A DNA stretch of 64,000 nt, taken from Octopus sinensis (taxonomy: Eukaryota). Positions 1-12,609 of this stretch are shown here, in pieces (position 1 is the first letter of the stretch; each line of letters opens with the position of its first letter). A program made the translations under genes and the position numbers. The notes below the pieces were generated by a model. It did not search any database, was not told the origin of the DNA, and was given only the letters and a program-made list of their open reading frames with translations. The stretch spans positions 24,800,001-24,864,000 of the forward strand of contig NC_043002.1 in assembly GCF_006345805.1 (NCBI RefSeq). The letters are read 5' to 3'.

Positions 1-164
1 TGTGGTGTTGTTACATGTGTTGGTGTAGATTCTGGCATGGCAGATGGTGGTGGAGCTTCTGCTATTGTTATTGCTGCTGCTTTCAGGTTTTTTGGATAAA
101 GTTTTCTGAACTAACCCAATAAGTTTACAATTAATCCCATGAAATATTGACGAGTCCCGCTAGT

Positions 165-362
165 AATAATAATAATAATCCTTTCTACTATACGCACAAA
201 ATCTGAAATTTGGGGGAAGGGGACTTAATTTCACTGATACTTGATTTATCGACCCTGAATGGATGAACGGAAAAGTCGACCTCGGTGGAATTTGAACGTA
301 GAGACAGATGAAATGTCGCAAGAGATTTTGCCCAGCGTACTTAATAATTCTAGCAGCTCGCA
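165..362 (-). mobile_element. tRNA-derived SINE (family A), diverged
   Basis: Reverse complement of the SINE at 60693-60920 (aaagtcgacctcggtggaatttgaac = antisense B-box region). Confidence 0.7.
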
Positions 363-419
363 AAGAAAATATACTCAAATTAAGATAGAATTTGACCTAT
401 ATCAAGAAACATTATAGCG

Positions 420-480
420 GCTCCGGAAGTGATTTACTTGACCTGCGCATGCTCATTAAGCCCTAGCGGGAAGTGCACGT
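420..480 (+). promoter_or_regulatory. Putative TATA-less promoter of ZNF gene 1
   Basis: CpG-containing patch with ETS site CCGGAAGT (423-430), NRF1-like TGCGCATGCTCA (444-455) and GCGGGAAGT (466-474), upstream of the donor GAG|GTGAGA at 705/706. Confidence 0.5.
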
Positions 481-1629
481 CGAAGTTCGTCTAAAGATTT
501 ATTTACCTTAATATAAGAAAAACTATATAAAACGTAGAAATATATATAGAATACAGAAATGATTACTAATTTACTGTAGGATAACTGTAAATTAATTTAA
601 TGAAGTACTTGTGATAGTTTTAAACCTAATGATCTGCTGTGTGTCGCCTATATCCTGCTATTTATCGATGTTAAACTGCAAGTGATAGGAAAAGAATACA
701 CTGAGGTGAGATAACATTTATTTATGTACATTGGCAGACGAAACTCCACCTGCATATTATTTACATAATATCGATAGTTTTTTCCAACCTGTGTTGATAC
801 ATTTTATAATTCTATTGTGTGAATCAAAATATGAACGTTGACGCCAAGACACTTGCTAACTCAGCAAATTGATTTGGTAAGGATAATGTTCTTGGATGGG
901 CGGACGGATGCCAATATGTTTTGGTGTAGATTCTTTTAAAATTAAAACAACACTGGTTTTTATATTACGTATTCCTTTTTTTATTACAAAAAATAGTCCT
1001 CGGATTTTAATGTTTTGAACATCAGGGATTTTCCATTTTCATATGTAATAAACTGAAAATGAAATAACAGTGCTGATAATTTCTTGAAGTGAAACAATAC
1101 CGCTTTCAAATGCAGTTGTCTTCATCATCTTACATCCACTTTCCATGCTGATATGGCTTGGACAGCGAGACATAAATAGATGGATTGCTCCAGTTTCTCT
1201 GTTATTTTGCTTGGTTTCTATGGCTGGATGGCCTTCCTAACACAAACCTCTTTATAGACTGTATTTGTGCTTTTTTTTCGTGACACTAGCACTAGCTTAG
1301 AGGGTGAAAAAGAGAATGGACGGAGTTATAACTTCAGGTGAGGTGTTGGAAAAAGTTGTATACTGGGCGGAATGGATGTATTGTTGGAAGAAGTTACAGT
1401 ATGATGGGAGGAATGGATTTATTGTTGTTTTTGGAGGGTGTTAGAAAGATTAATTGAGGGCGAGGTGGAAGAGCCGGAGCACATTCCCAAAGTAACGTGC
1501 TTTACAAGGTGACTACAAAAGAACATGGTAATTATTCTGTTACTAAAGAACAATATACTCCTCTTCTTAGAGAGAGTGAACCTAATATTCAAAACTGTAT
1601 AATTAAGAAATTAATATTAAGCATTCAGA

Positions 1630-3190
1630 GTTAATATATAATTTAACTCCCGGTTACCAAAAAAAAAAAAAAAAATGTGTAAATAGGTGTAAATAAATGT
1701 GTAGAAAACGAATAGGAAAACAAAAATTTACGGTGGTGAGAGAGCTTTCGGAAAATTCACAAGATCCGATTTTCCCCTCATAACTTTCAGGAAAATGGAT
1801 ATCCTTTTAATGAAATTTTACAGAAACACCTTTCAAACCGCATAGCTTACGATTATGAAGAAATTTTAGGGGAAAATGTTTTCTGAAGGGGTGAGGAGAA
1901 GACTGTCGGAAAATTCACACGATCCGTTTTTTCCCCTCATAGCTTTCAGGATCTAGTTAAGCACCCGGTCACCAAAACAAAACGAAAATGAAAACAAAAA
2001 TTTGCGCAAACGAATGGAGGGTGGGTGTTTAGAGGACTATCAGAAAATTCACCTGATCCAATTTTTTCTCCTCATAACTTTCAGGAAAATGGATACCTTT
2101 TAGTGAAATTTTACAGAAACACCTTTCAAATGGCATAGATTACGATTATAAAGAAATTTGAGTGGAAAATGTTTTCTGAAAGGATGGGGAAAGGACTCGG
2201 AAAATTCACATGATCTGTTTAGCATACTTTTCTTATAGAAAATATTTTTTCTTATACACACAGCTTCTTTTTTTATTGTTGTTTATATTCCACCAAGATT
2301 CCACAAATTTCTTTATCATCATAATCTATGCCGTTTGAAAGGCTATGGAAAGGTTTACTTGAAACCTATCCCTCATTTCATTTTCGATATTGTCACCTTT
2401 GAAAACTAGTGCTCGAGAATTTTGAAGATAGCACACATAGAAACATACACACACAAAATATTGAAAGACCGTAGAGAGACATAAAAGAATCAATCTAAAA
2501 GCCAGGAATTCAATATCAAAATATCTTCAACAATATCTTGCAAGATATTTATTTATAACTTCTCAACATGAAGAAAGTCTGTTGCACAAGTTCTTCATAG
2601 AGGCAGCCAAGTTATACCTTCCTCTCTTGAATTGTTGCCATCAAATAATTACCAGCGAAGATGAAGGTATGTATATGTATGTTTGCACAAATTGTTGTTT
2701 TCATATTTGTTTTCTACACATTTTTTACACCTATTAGACCTTTTTTGTTTTGGTGACTGGGTGCTAAACTAGATCCTGAAAGTTACGAGGGAAAAAAATG
2801 GATCATTTTCCCCTCAAATTTCTTTATAATCGATCGTAATCTATGCTGTTTGAAAGGTGTTTCTGTAAAATTTCATTGAGAGCAAAAATCAGATTGTGTG
2901 AATTTTCCGAAATCCTCTCCCCACCCATTGGGAAAGCATTTTCCCCACAAATTTCTTTAAAATCGTAGTCTATGCTATTTGAAAGGTATTTCTATAAAAT
3001 TTCACTAATATATATCCATTTTCCTGAAAGTTATGAGGGGAAAATCCCATCTTGTGAATTTTCCAAAAGTCCTTTCCCCACACACCCATTTGCGCAAATT
3101 TTTGTTTTCATATTCGTTTTCTACACATTTATTTACACCTGTTAGATTTTTTTTTTGCTTTGGTGACCAGGAGTTAAACTATATATTAAC
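1630..3190. mobile_element. Foldback-like non-autonomous DNA transposon with long modular inverted arms
   Basis: Left end gttaatatataatttaactcccggttaccaa matches the reverse complement of the right end ttggtgaccaggagttaaactatatattaac. Arms are built of repeated modules (ggaaaattcac...ataactttcaggaaaatgga...) that invert at ~2700-3190. Confidence 0.75.
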
Positions 3191-3856
3191 CACATACAGT
3201 ACTGAGTTAAATTATCATACAGGTATGATATTTCCACCTGAACTTCCATTATAATTTTATTTCACCAATAAACATCCAGAAAAGTTGTTAATCAGTTTTT
3301 CAAGTATCTAGCATTATCTACAACAATAATTTGAACCTGTATTGGTTTTCTCCTTTTGGTTTCTTATCAAGATTTGAAGAAGGAACACTATACTGAATCA
3401 TATTAATGTTCTTCATTTCTCAAAACAACAGTAGTATTGAAAGGTTTTTGCTTTTCGTGGTTTGGTCTAAAGGAAAAGTTATGCCTATGGTCTCCACAGA
3501 GATGGCTGTGATGCAGTTTTTGCTCTTGGAAAACAGGCCAATGAAGTTTCAGAAAAAGGCACTAAAGAATAAAGTACATTAGTGACTTCATGCTAATCAT
3601 TCTGATCATCTTTTTCTGATGTGTTGTAGGATGACCAACTGTGTATCACTGCTGTTTTAGGAGTAAGAGTTCCATAGTTCTAATAATTTTATTAACAGTT
3701 CTATTACTTGTATTAAATCAACTCTTCTGTTTAACTAAGTATACCTGGTTTAAATCTGTTAATAAATTGGCCAGTGTATAACACTTTATTGCAAAATTGG
3801 CAAGCATTCATATGTTTTAATATTTCATTATGAATGTGCTATTTTCATGTGAAGTC

Positions 3857-4084
3857 TTAACCCATAAGCATTCAAACTGGCCATACCTGGCCAACATATA
3901 CAACTTGTTTCATGTTGAAACTGGCCAGATCCAGCCTCTCACCTCGACCCTACAGCATCATTCTAAAACTAAACAATCACATTCTCAAAATCTCTAAACT
4001 ACAAGATAATGCATGATTAATTCAAAACAATATAAGCAAACATACATTGCATTTGACGGAATAATGTGGATACTAAAGGGCTAA
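3857..4084. mobile_element. piggyBac-type MITE
   Basis: TTAA-CCCataagcattc ... gatactaaaGGG-cTAA: CCC/GGG ends with a TTAA-like target duplication. Confidence 0.6.
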
Positions 4085-4429
4085 TCTCCTTTGAAATACT
4101 GATCTATTGTCTACGTTTATGAAACTATGTGATACTGATGTGATTAGTTATTTATACATGATACGATTAATTATTCATACATTCTACAATTTATTGATAA
4201 ATGTATCTAATATTTATTTTATTTTATTTCAGGATATATTTCTACGTCTATGAGGATTTTCTATAGAAGAGGTTCTACAGTTAACAGAGCTGATATATAT
4301 ATGGTTCTTGAAGATTTGAGTACCCAATATAATTGCTTCTCAGATGTGCGTCGTACTTTTTTTGCTTAGAACAGTGCTTCTGATTTCTTTTAATTACTAA
4401 AAATTAAATTACTGGAAAATTGTTGTCTT

Positions 4430-4717
4430 TGAGGTCGTTGCCAGTGTCACTGGACTGGCTCCTGTGCAGGTGGCACATAAAAAACACCATTTGAGCATGG
4501 CCATCGCCAGTACCGCCTGACTGGCTCTCGTGCCGGTGGCATGTAAAAACACCCACTACACTCTCAGAGTGGTTGGCGTTAGGAAGGGCATCCAGCTGTA
4601 GAAACTCTACCAGATCAGATAAGAGCCTGGTGCAGCCATCTGGCTCGCCAGTCCTCAGTCAAACCATCCAACCCATGCCAGCATGGAAAGTGGACGTTAA
4701 ACGATGATGATGATGAT
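4430..4717 (+). mobile_element. RTE 3'-tail / RTE-tail SINE, just upstream of the ZNF1 start codon
   Basis: Same tail as the RTE LINE at 40250-40564 (gagtggttggcgttaggaagggcatccagctgtagaaac...catggaaagtggacgttaaac(GAT)n). Confidence 0.85.
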
Positions 4718-4792
4718 ATTTACTTGCAAATGTCTTAACAGAAGGGAAAAATAAGATCAGAATTTTAAGTTTGAAGTTTCTATGTTCAAAGA

Positions 4793-6076
4793 ATGTTTCA
4801 GAAAGCTGGAAAGCGTTACAAATGTAATATTTGTGGGAAAACACTTACTACAAAATGTAAATTATCTATTCATAAGTGCACTCACACAGGGGAAAAGCCA
4901 TACAAGTGTAAAATATGTGGAAAAACATTCTCTAAAACAGGTCATCTAAAAGCTCACTTACATACTCATACGGGAGAGAAACCACACCGCTGTGAAATAT
5001 GTGGGAGAGGTTTTTCTACAAAAGGCAATCTGACAGCACACACACTTACTCACACTAGAGAAAGGCAATACCACTGTGAGATATGTGGGAGACCTTTTAC
5101 TCAATTTGGTAACTTAACAAGACATAAACGTATTCATACTGGCGAAAAACCATTCAAGTGTGACGATTGCGGGAAAGCTTTTTCTAATGTGAGTGACTTT
5201 CAAAGGCACAAAAGTGTGCACTCAAAGCCATACCACTGTGAAATATGTGAGAAAACATTTGCTGTGAAATCTTCCTTAATAGTACACAAACGTTCTCATA
5301 CTGGGGAGAAACCGTATCAGTGTGAAACATGTGGGAAGGAATTTTCAGACAAACCTGTATTAAGAAAGCATAAGCGTGTTCACACTGGGGAAAAACAGCA
5401 CCACTGTGACATCTGTGGAAAAGCATTTCCTGAAAAATATGTTGTAACAATACACAAACGTACCCATACGGGAGAGAAACCATATCACTGTGAAGTTTGT
5501 GGAAGAAAATTTGCTGATAAGAGCAGCTTAAGAGGACACAAACGTGTTCACACCGGAGAAAAGCCACACAATTGTGAAATCTGTGGCAAAGCATTTGCTC
5601 AAAATGGTTCTTTAGTGAGACACAACCGGATTCACACTGGGGAAAAACCATATCACTGTGAAATATGTGGAAAATATTTTTCAAATAATACCATATTAAG
5701 AAAACATAAACGAATTCACACTGGGGAAAAACCACATCACTGTGATATTTGTGGGAAAGCCTTTTCTCAAAAGACTTTTCTAACAGTGCACAGACGTACT
5801 CATACTGGTGAGAAACCATATCACTGTGAAGTTTGTGGGAAAGAATTTTCAGAAAAGGGTAGCCTAATAGGACATACACGTATTCATACTGGGGAAAAAC
5901 CGCACCACTGTGAAATCTGTGGCAAAAGATTTTCTCAAATTGGTACTTTAATACGACATAAACGCACTCACACTGGGGAAAAGCCATACAACTGTGCTAC
6001 TTGCGGGAAATCGTTTGCTCGTAGTGATTATAAATATACTCATAAATGTGCTATTGATAATGGAAACAAACCTTAG
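4793..6076 (+). CDS. Tandem C2H2 zinc-finger protein, 427 aa (14 C2H2 + terminal C2HC finger), no effector domain
   Basis: Intact ATG-to-stop ORF with repeated CxxC-x12-HxxxH motifs and TGEKP linkers; AATAAA at 6145-6150. Confidence 0.92.
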   Translation: MFQKAGKRYKCNICGKTLTTKCKLSIHKCTHTGEKPYKCKICGKTFSKTGHLKAHLHTHTGEKPHRCEICGRGFSTKGNLTAHTLTHTRERQYHCEICGRPFTQFGNLTRHKRIHTGEKPFKCDDCGKAFSNVSDFQRHKSVHSKPYHCEICEKTFAVKSSLIVHKRSHTGEKPYQCETCGKEFSDKPVLRKHKRVHTGEKQHHCDICGKAFPEKYVVTIHKRTHTGEKPYHCEVCGRKFADKSSLRGHKRVHTGEKPHNCEICGKAFAQNGSLVRHNRIHTGEKPYHCEICGKYFSNNTILRKHKRIHTGEKPHHCDICGKAFSQKTFLTVHRRTHTGEKPYHCEVCGKEFSEKGSLIGHTRIHTGEKPHHCEICGKRFSQIGTLIRHKRTHTGEKPYNCATCGKSFARSDYKYTHKCAIDNGNKP

Positions 6077-6639
6077 CACTGTGTTTTGAAGGAAAGCATT
6101 TTTTACATAATTTACTAGTTTTCTTACTCAAGCTTATTCACAAGAATAAAATCATAACTGTGACATTTCTGGTAAAGCATATATGAGAGAGTATTAAGAC
6201 ATATGTTTATTGGATGTAAAAAAAAATTTAGACAAATAATTTTCTGTGAGTTTTGTATGGATAACAAAACAATTTAAAATGACAAAACATTAACTACTAC
6301 TACTGTTATGCAGAAAGAGTGAAAGGAAGGGAAGCAACCCCAGTATAGGACTGGCATTTTATTTATCAACCTCAAGAGGATGAAAGTTAATATTGACAGA
6401 ATTTGAACTCAAAACCAAATGCTAGAAGGATTATTGTAAAGCAATCTATTTGATGCTCGAATGACTACCAATTGGTTTCTTTATACACGTATATACAGTT
6501 TTAATGTAATTTTTTATACATTCTTTGAATATGTAAATTATGTACAGAAAAATAAATGTAATTTCCACTGTCTCTTTAATCTGAACTTAAGTTTCTTTTT
6601 ACTGTCTGTTTCACTAATATTTTGAATAATTTATCTTTT

Positions 6640-7000
6640 TATTTTGTATCTGCTTCAGTTATTAGACTGTGGCTTTGCTGGGACACCACCTTGAAGAACT
6701 TTAGTCAAATCAATTGACCTACAAATTTTTTTTTAAAGCCTGGTACTTATTCTGTCAATATCTTTTTGCCAATCAAACCAACACTGGTTGTCAAATGGTG
6801 CTGGTGGGGCAAACACAAAGACACATTTTATATACAATGGGCTTCTTTCAGTTTCTATCTATCAAATTCACACACAAGGCTTTGGTCAGCCCGAGGCTAC
6901 AGTAGGAGATACTTGCCCCAGGTGCTATGCAGTGGGACTAAAACCGGAACCACGTGGTTGGGTAGCAAGTGTCTTACAACATAGCTGTGCCTGTGCCTAT
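6640..7000 (-). mobile_element. tRNA-derived SINE (family B)
   Basis: Homologous to 14836-15240 (caaggctttggtc...cttgccc..ggtgc..cgcagtggg..tgaacc.gaaccacgtggttg). Confidence 0.8.
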
Positions 7001-7114
7001 TTAAACAATTCTTTTTAATAAGGATTCTTATTTCTGACTCACCATGTTTTGCGATGAGGCATTCACTCCACTGACAACAGTAGCATATTTTCATCCAGCG
7101 CTTACATAAGAAGT

Positions 7115-7330
7115 GCATGCATAGGTGTGTTGTTGAGAAGCTTGCTTCCCAACCATGTTGTCCCAAATTCTGTCCCATTGCATAGCACCTTGAACAAGTG
7201 CCTTCTCTAACCCTCAACCAAGTAAAGCCTTTTGAGTGAATTTGATTCATAGAAATGGATAGAAACCTGTTGTATACCTGCTACAACAAATTCTATCTGA
7301 CTCATGCAAGCACGGAAAAGTGAATATTAA
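7115..7330 (+). mobile_element. SINE family B 5' fragment, diverged
   Basis: agaagcttgcttcccaaccatg...caccttgaacaagtgccttct...aaagccttttgagtgaatttg; head-to-head with the preceding SINE. Confidence 0.6.
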
Positions 7331-8329
7331 ATTATAATGATGGCTCACCATCTGGTCACCTCACATCTATGCCAGTGAGATACAACTGTATTTCACTTGT
7401 ATACATCAGCTGCTGATGTTTTTAAAACCCTTACTGTATCACATTTCTTGTACATAAATCCGCTTTTCACAATTTTTTTAAAGAAAATAGTCAATAGAGG
7501 AAGATAAATGCTCAAGACTTTTACAGGCATTCTTAGATTTGTTAGATTCAATTGATCCATATTGAGAACATCTATTTGTTGATACCTTGAAAAAAAAGAA
7601 AACATGGGTAGAAAGGGAATTTCAGAAAATTTGCAGTTCTGGGTTGGAAGGACTAGTGTCATATGGGACTGGTATGTGGGGTAAAAGGAGCAGGGGGTGG
7701 GTCTCTGTAGAGGATGTTTATAGCTTCACAGTATAAAGGAGCAGACACTGGTAACTATAAAAGAGACTGGGTAAAAGCACTGGATTTATAAGTAAGAGAT
7801 AGCAACATGATGAATACAGACTAGGGTGTTTGTAGCAATAGCATTGTTCCTTAAATGTGAGAAGTATTCCAGTGAGTTTTCTATCAATGAAAGAAGACAT
7901 AGTTTTTGTTGCTAGCAAAGGTAACACCCTCATCTTCCTGCTCTTTACTATGGCAAAAAAGCTTCCATCTTCTAACTAGTTACCCTTTGTGTGACTCTTC
8001 TAGCAAAGTCTATGTAAAATTGGGAGATATCACCATCAAAATTCCCTGTGTCAACTTAACAACTATGGATATTTGCTCTTTCTTGATTGCAAATGGACAT
8101 AACTTCTTAGTAATATCTCTTACAAAACTGTCTTCTTGTAATCTCAAAATGACTTCTGCTTGGCTAGTATCACTATGTGTAGTTCTAGCAACTTACTTGA
8201 AGGTGTTTGGTAAATGAGATGGTTTGAACTTGTGCCATTTTCTGTCTTTGAAAACATTCCTTAGATGTCTGCCTGATTATGTTCACTTTTACAACATTCC
8301 ACATCATAAAATCAGACAATTTAGCAACC

Positions 8330-8830
8330 CATTTTAGCTTGGTTCTGTTGTTGGTCTTGCTGCTAGTCTTGGTACTACAGCCATTGTTATCACAGTTGCA
8401 GTTGTTTGTGTTGCTGTTGCTGCTACTGTATTTTGTGTTGGTACTGCCTTGCTATTGTTTGTGCTGCTGTTGCTATCACTATTGTTGATGTTGGTGCTCC
8501 TGCTTCTTGTTCTCTTTGCTGCTGTATGTTGGTGTTGGCAGTAGTGAGAAGGACCTCCTCTCTACTTAAAAAAAACAAAAAACACAGGAAGCTCTTAAGT
8601 GCTTTTCAGCACTACACACATGACATCTTGGTTCTTCTGACCGCAAACACCACTTGCAGCTCCACTCTGCTGGGCAGGTGGATAAGGTCTGGGATTTTAC
8701 CCACAGCTTCTATTTTGATCTGAAGGAAGATTTTTGGTGTTGTCCCCAGACCCAAACTGCCTCTCTGTTTTTCATTGAGGACAATACAGGCCAAGTTCCT
8801 CCAGATGTCCAACACTTATAAAACTCTCCC
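8330..8830 (-). pseudogene. Decayed Gag-like/ORF1 retroelement fragment with CCHC zinc knuckle
   Basis: Minus strand 8625-8584 reads CHVCSAEKHLRASC (CX2CX4HX4C), followed by a low-complexity Q/T/A-rich tract; frameshifted. Confidence 0.55.
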
Positions 8831-9224
8831 TACCTTAATATGCCATATTTAGATTAAACCACACTATTGAAATGCGTGTAGTGATGTAAACTTTCAGTTT
8901 TTGTTTACTTAGCATTACATCTCATAACAAGACCAATTATGTCTGGATACAGTCATGGATTTGCAGGATACCTGGGACCAGTGTACAACAGTTTACCTCC
9001 ATATGGAATACTGAATTGACTAGTTGAATTACCCAGGATTTTTCTGAGTGTTCTGTTTAGCCAGAGATACTTCTTAGTTGATTTGCCTCAATGTATTCGA
9101 TCCCTTCTATATTACTATATACTTACACACACACACATGTATACATAAAAGGCCTTTTTGTAGTCAAATAAAGTGATGCGTAGAGGCAGCTTGTATTCAT
9201 TTGTTCAGTCTATAAGTAAATAAG

Positions 9225-9530
9225 ACTACAAAAGGGAGAACATTAATCAGCTATGGAGAGATTTATGCTAGGAATATCATTACATGAGCGTATTTGAAAT
9301 GAAATAATTCTTGAACAAAGTGAAGTGAATGATGTGATTCCAGAATACCACAAACACAAGTTCTGCTGGGCCAGACATGTTGCAAGGCTCACAGACGACA
9401 GGTAGACCTGTGAAATTGTTAAGTGGTATCCAAGAAATTGAAAAAGGCTGCTTGGAAGATCTCCATGATGATGGAAAGACGATTTAGGACAAGATGGAAA
9501 AGGATGGTACAAGAAAGAACTGGAAGTACA
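9225..9530 (+). mobile_element. Old RTE-clade LINE C-terminal fragment
   Basis: Translates AMERFMLGISLHERI*NE...KFCWARHVARLTDDR*...WYPRN*KRLLGRSP**WKDDL, a typical RTE ORF end with stops. Confidence 0.7.
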
Positions 9531-10261
9531 TTGTGATTTTACGCACACATGTAAAATCACTGAGAAATATAAAATTTTGAATTTTTATAAAATAAAAAGC
9601 ATGTGAAAACTTGTAAATAAATTGGATGCAGTTTAATGTTTTACAAATTTATTGTTATGCATCAACATATGCATGAAAATTAAATATTGTTATTGATTTT
9701 AAAATATTGTATGTTTTTTTTTCTTTCACTGTGCATGACCTTATGGCAGCTGAGGCATTTTCAATTTGTCTTCTTGCCTCAATTAAATTCCCTGAAAATT
9801 GAACACTCATAGAGAGTCGAAAATGTTTCAACTGTAAATTGTCTCAAATTTACCAAGTCAATTTATCATTCTCTGGAATGAAACAACCCCCTTCCACAGT
9901 TGTAGAGTCTCAACCATTTTCTCATTGGAGCAAGTCCATGCTGAAAAACAGGATGTTAGCACCAAAGTGGAGTAAATATGAATGGAAGAAAAGAAACAGG
10001 AAAGGGATAAAGAAGATAAGTTATGCAAACTCAGGCCTGTGAATCATTTGTGTAATGTAGCCTATTTATATATTTTCAAAGCAAATTTGATATTGACCAA
10101 ACTTTGAAAACTCTTATAAATTTAGTTATCAAAAATCTGCAGGGATGATAAGAATCTAAATGAGGGACAATATTTTTCAGAATGTATACTAATTCATAGA
10201 TTGACAACTAATTCTTAAGAATGATAAAAAGCCTTGATGGGGCTTAATTACATCAATGTTT

Positions 10262-10855
10262 TTAATAATAATAATAATAAAACATTGTGTACAGTGCTCA
10301 GGTGCATTACAACTCCTCTAAAGTGTATATATAATCAGGTGTAGTTTCGGCGGATTTTGGAAAGCATGAAGGCCTTAAAGGATGCAGTGTCATGGCAGTC
10401 AACAACTGATGCAGGCAGTTTATTCCATGCTTCAGCAACTCTGAGCGTGAAAAAATGTTTCCGAAAGTCATGGGAGCTGTGTTGTTTTCTGACTTTGTAG
10501 GCATGTCAAAAAGGTGTTCAGTGTTGTTGTTGGTGAGGTGGTTGATAACTTTGTGGGTGTTTACCAAGTCCGTCGCCTAATGCCGGAGCTTCAGTGAATC
10601 CATGCCCAGGGAAACAAGGCGCTCAGAATATGGTAGGTGTCTGATGGAGGGTATGCGTTTGGTTGCACGTCTCTGGACAGATTCCCAGGAGGTCAATGTT
10701 CTGAGCAAGATAGGGGTTCCAAACTGATGATGCGAATTCCAAGTGTGGTCGTACCATAGCTGTATACAGTTTTAAATAGATGGTTGGAGAGCGGCTAACA
10801 AAAGTCTTGCTGAGTGATGCTAAGACACCCTTGGCCTTCTTGACAATTTTTAAGT
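10262..10855 (-). mobile_element. CR1-group LINE 3' end with (TAT)n tail
   Basis: Minus-strand peptides VRPHLEFASSVWNPYL and RKHFFTLRVAEAWNKLPASVV; simple-repeat tail at ~10262-10280. Confidence 0.8.
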
Positions 10856-11430
10856 AATAGTTTAAGGTTTAATATCTTACAAAGAAAGTGGGCTCAAAAG
10901 TAAGATCAGAAATGAGAAAGGTGTGATGATGAATTTGATGAATAGTTCCACTGTGACTTGATGTTGTGAAAAATGGATAATTAAGTACCTGTTGTATATG
11001 TTTAGAACTGTTAACTTGACCTGTGAGTTCAAGTTCTTCATCAACTTCGTTATATCATGGGCTTTATTTTATTGGTCAACAAAAGTGCATCATTACAATA
11101 CCAAACATTCAGATCCTAGTCAAACTCCATCCTAACAATATCATTGATACATAGCACTGTACAGGACCAGTAACATTGCTCTGCTGAATTTTTGAGGCAT
11201 AAATGATGCACTGGTCATGAAAGAAGAGATAGGAGTGTTTAACAAAATTTAATGCAACATAACCTACAGTACAATATTACAAAATAACTGAGTAATCTAT
11301 CATACATACATGCATGGCCAAATATATGTGGTTCAAAGAAGTATGACAGCTGATTCTTTAATCAACCGAAGGAAATGGTTTTTCTAGGCTGCAACTTATA
11401 ACAGAAGTGTTGTCATATTTTTTTCTTTCT

Positions 11431-11462
<32 letters not shown>

Positions 11463-11780
11463 TAAGAGTAGAAGGATTTGAACTCAGAACAAGCACAAAC
11501 ACTGCAAAACATCTAGTCCAACACTCTAATTCCACCAATCCACTACTCTGGACTGGTACTCTATTTATCAACCTGAAGGTGCGGCAAGCAAATGATCTTA
11601 GTAGAATTTGAACTGTATCCAACATGCTACTATCTGTAAATCTGCTGCCATGCAAATTTACTGAAGTATCATATGCTTGTGAAAATGTGTATGAGTATTT
11701 GCATGGCAATATTTAGAGATAAACTCTAAAGAAATATGTGATGTATGATACTGATCTATTCACACATGGACAGTTGCATA

Positions 11781-11982
11781 TACAGTAATCCCTTGCCATA
11801 TTGCAGCTTATCATTTAAGCTTATGTCGATTCCTCCGTGGTGTTGTTTTACATTTATAATAAAATATACAAATTTTAATGCTAAAAAAATATACAGTACA
11901 GTACTGTTTCTACTTTGTGGATTTTCACCTATTGCGGTGGGTTTTGGAATGTAACACCCGTGATAGTCGAAGTGCTACTGTA
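11781..11982. mobile_element. Tc1/mariner-pogo (Tigger-like) MITE
   Basis: TA-CAGTAatccct ... cgaagtgcTACTG-TA termini with TA duplication. Confidence 0.55.
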
Positions 11983-12179
11983 GTTGTGTCAAGAAGAATA
12001 CAAGGTATAACAGATAAAATAGCAATGTCAAAGAGAAAAAAGTCACCAGCACTGTGTTCACTGAAAATTTCCAGTGTTACAACTATTATTCTGATTCTTA
12101 GTTCAAATTAACATAAATTAACATATATATACACACATTTTCATGCACTTGCTGTAATTCTTTATACTTTATGCAATTC

Positions 12180-12390
12180 TTCTAAATTCTGGCAAAAGAG
12201 AGATATTTTGAGGGGAGGGGGAAGTCAATTACATTAACCCCAGTGATCAACTGGTACTTATTTTATCAACCCTAAAAGAATGAAAAGCAAAGCTGACCTC
12301 AACAGCATTTAAACTCAGAACATAAAAACATCAGTAAGAATGTTGATAGCCATTTTCCCCAGTGTTGTTAATTCTGCCAGCTTGCCTCTT
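12180..12390 (-). mobile_element. SINE family A, diverged
   Basis: ctggtacttattttatcaaccctaaaagaatgaaaagcaaagctgacctc...ttctgccagcttgcc. Confidence 0.65.
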
Positions 12391-12609
12391 AATACTATAA
12401 AATATTTGATGCAGTAGTAGTTAACCCATATATGTCCCTGGTTGCGTTTTCGCAATGCAGAACCTGCTCCTACTCGTTTGGACACGAACTCGCCAGGAAG
12501 CATCTGACTGAGCATATGAAATGTTCAGTAGGCAGTTGATACCTGTAGCCAACAGTTGCATAATGTCCTCCTCCAGATTCTGAATGCTTACCATAGCATT
12601 TAATCTAAA

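Larger units (their letters stand above)
706..4232 (+). other. Putative 5'-UTR intron of ZNF gene 1
   Basis: Donor gag|GTGAGA at 706; acceptor tatttattttattttatttcAG at 4231-4232. No transcript evidence. Confidence 0.4.

Noticed and set aside
5184-5987. 267-aa antisense ORF (and antisense ORFs at 18881 and 19541)
   Set aside because: Shadow ORFs generated by the periodic zinc-finger codons on the opposite strand.
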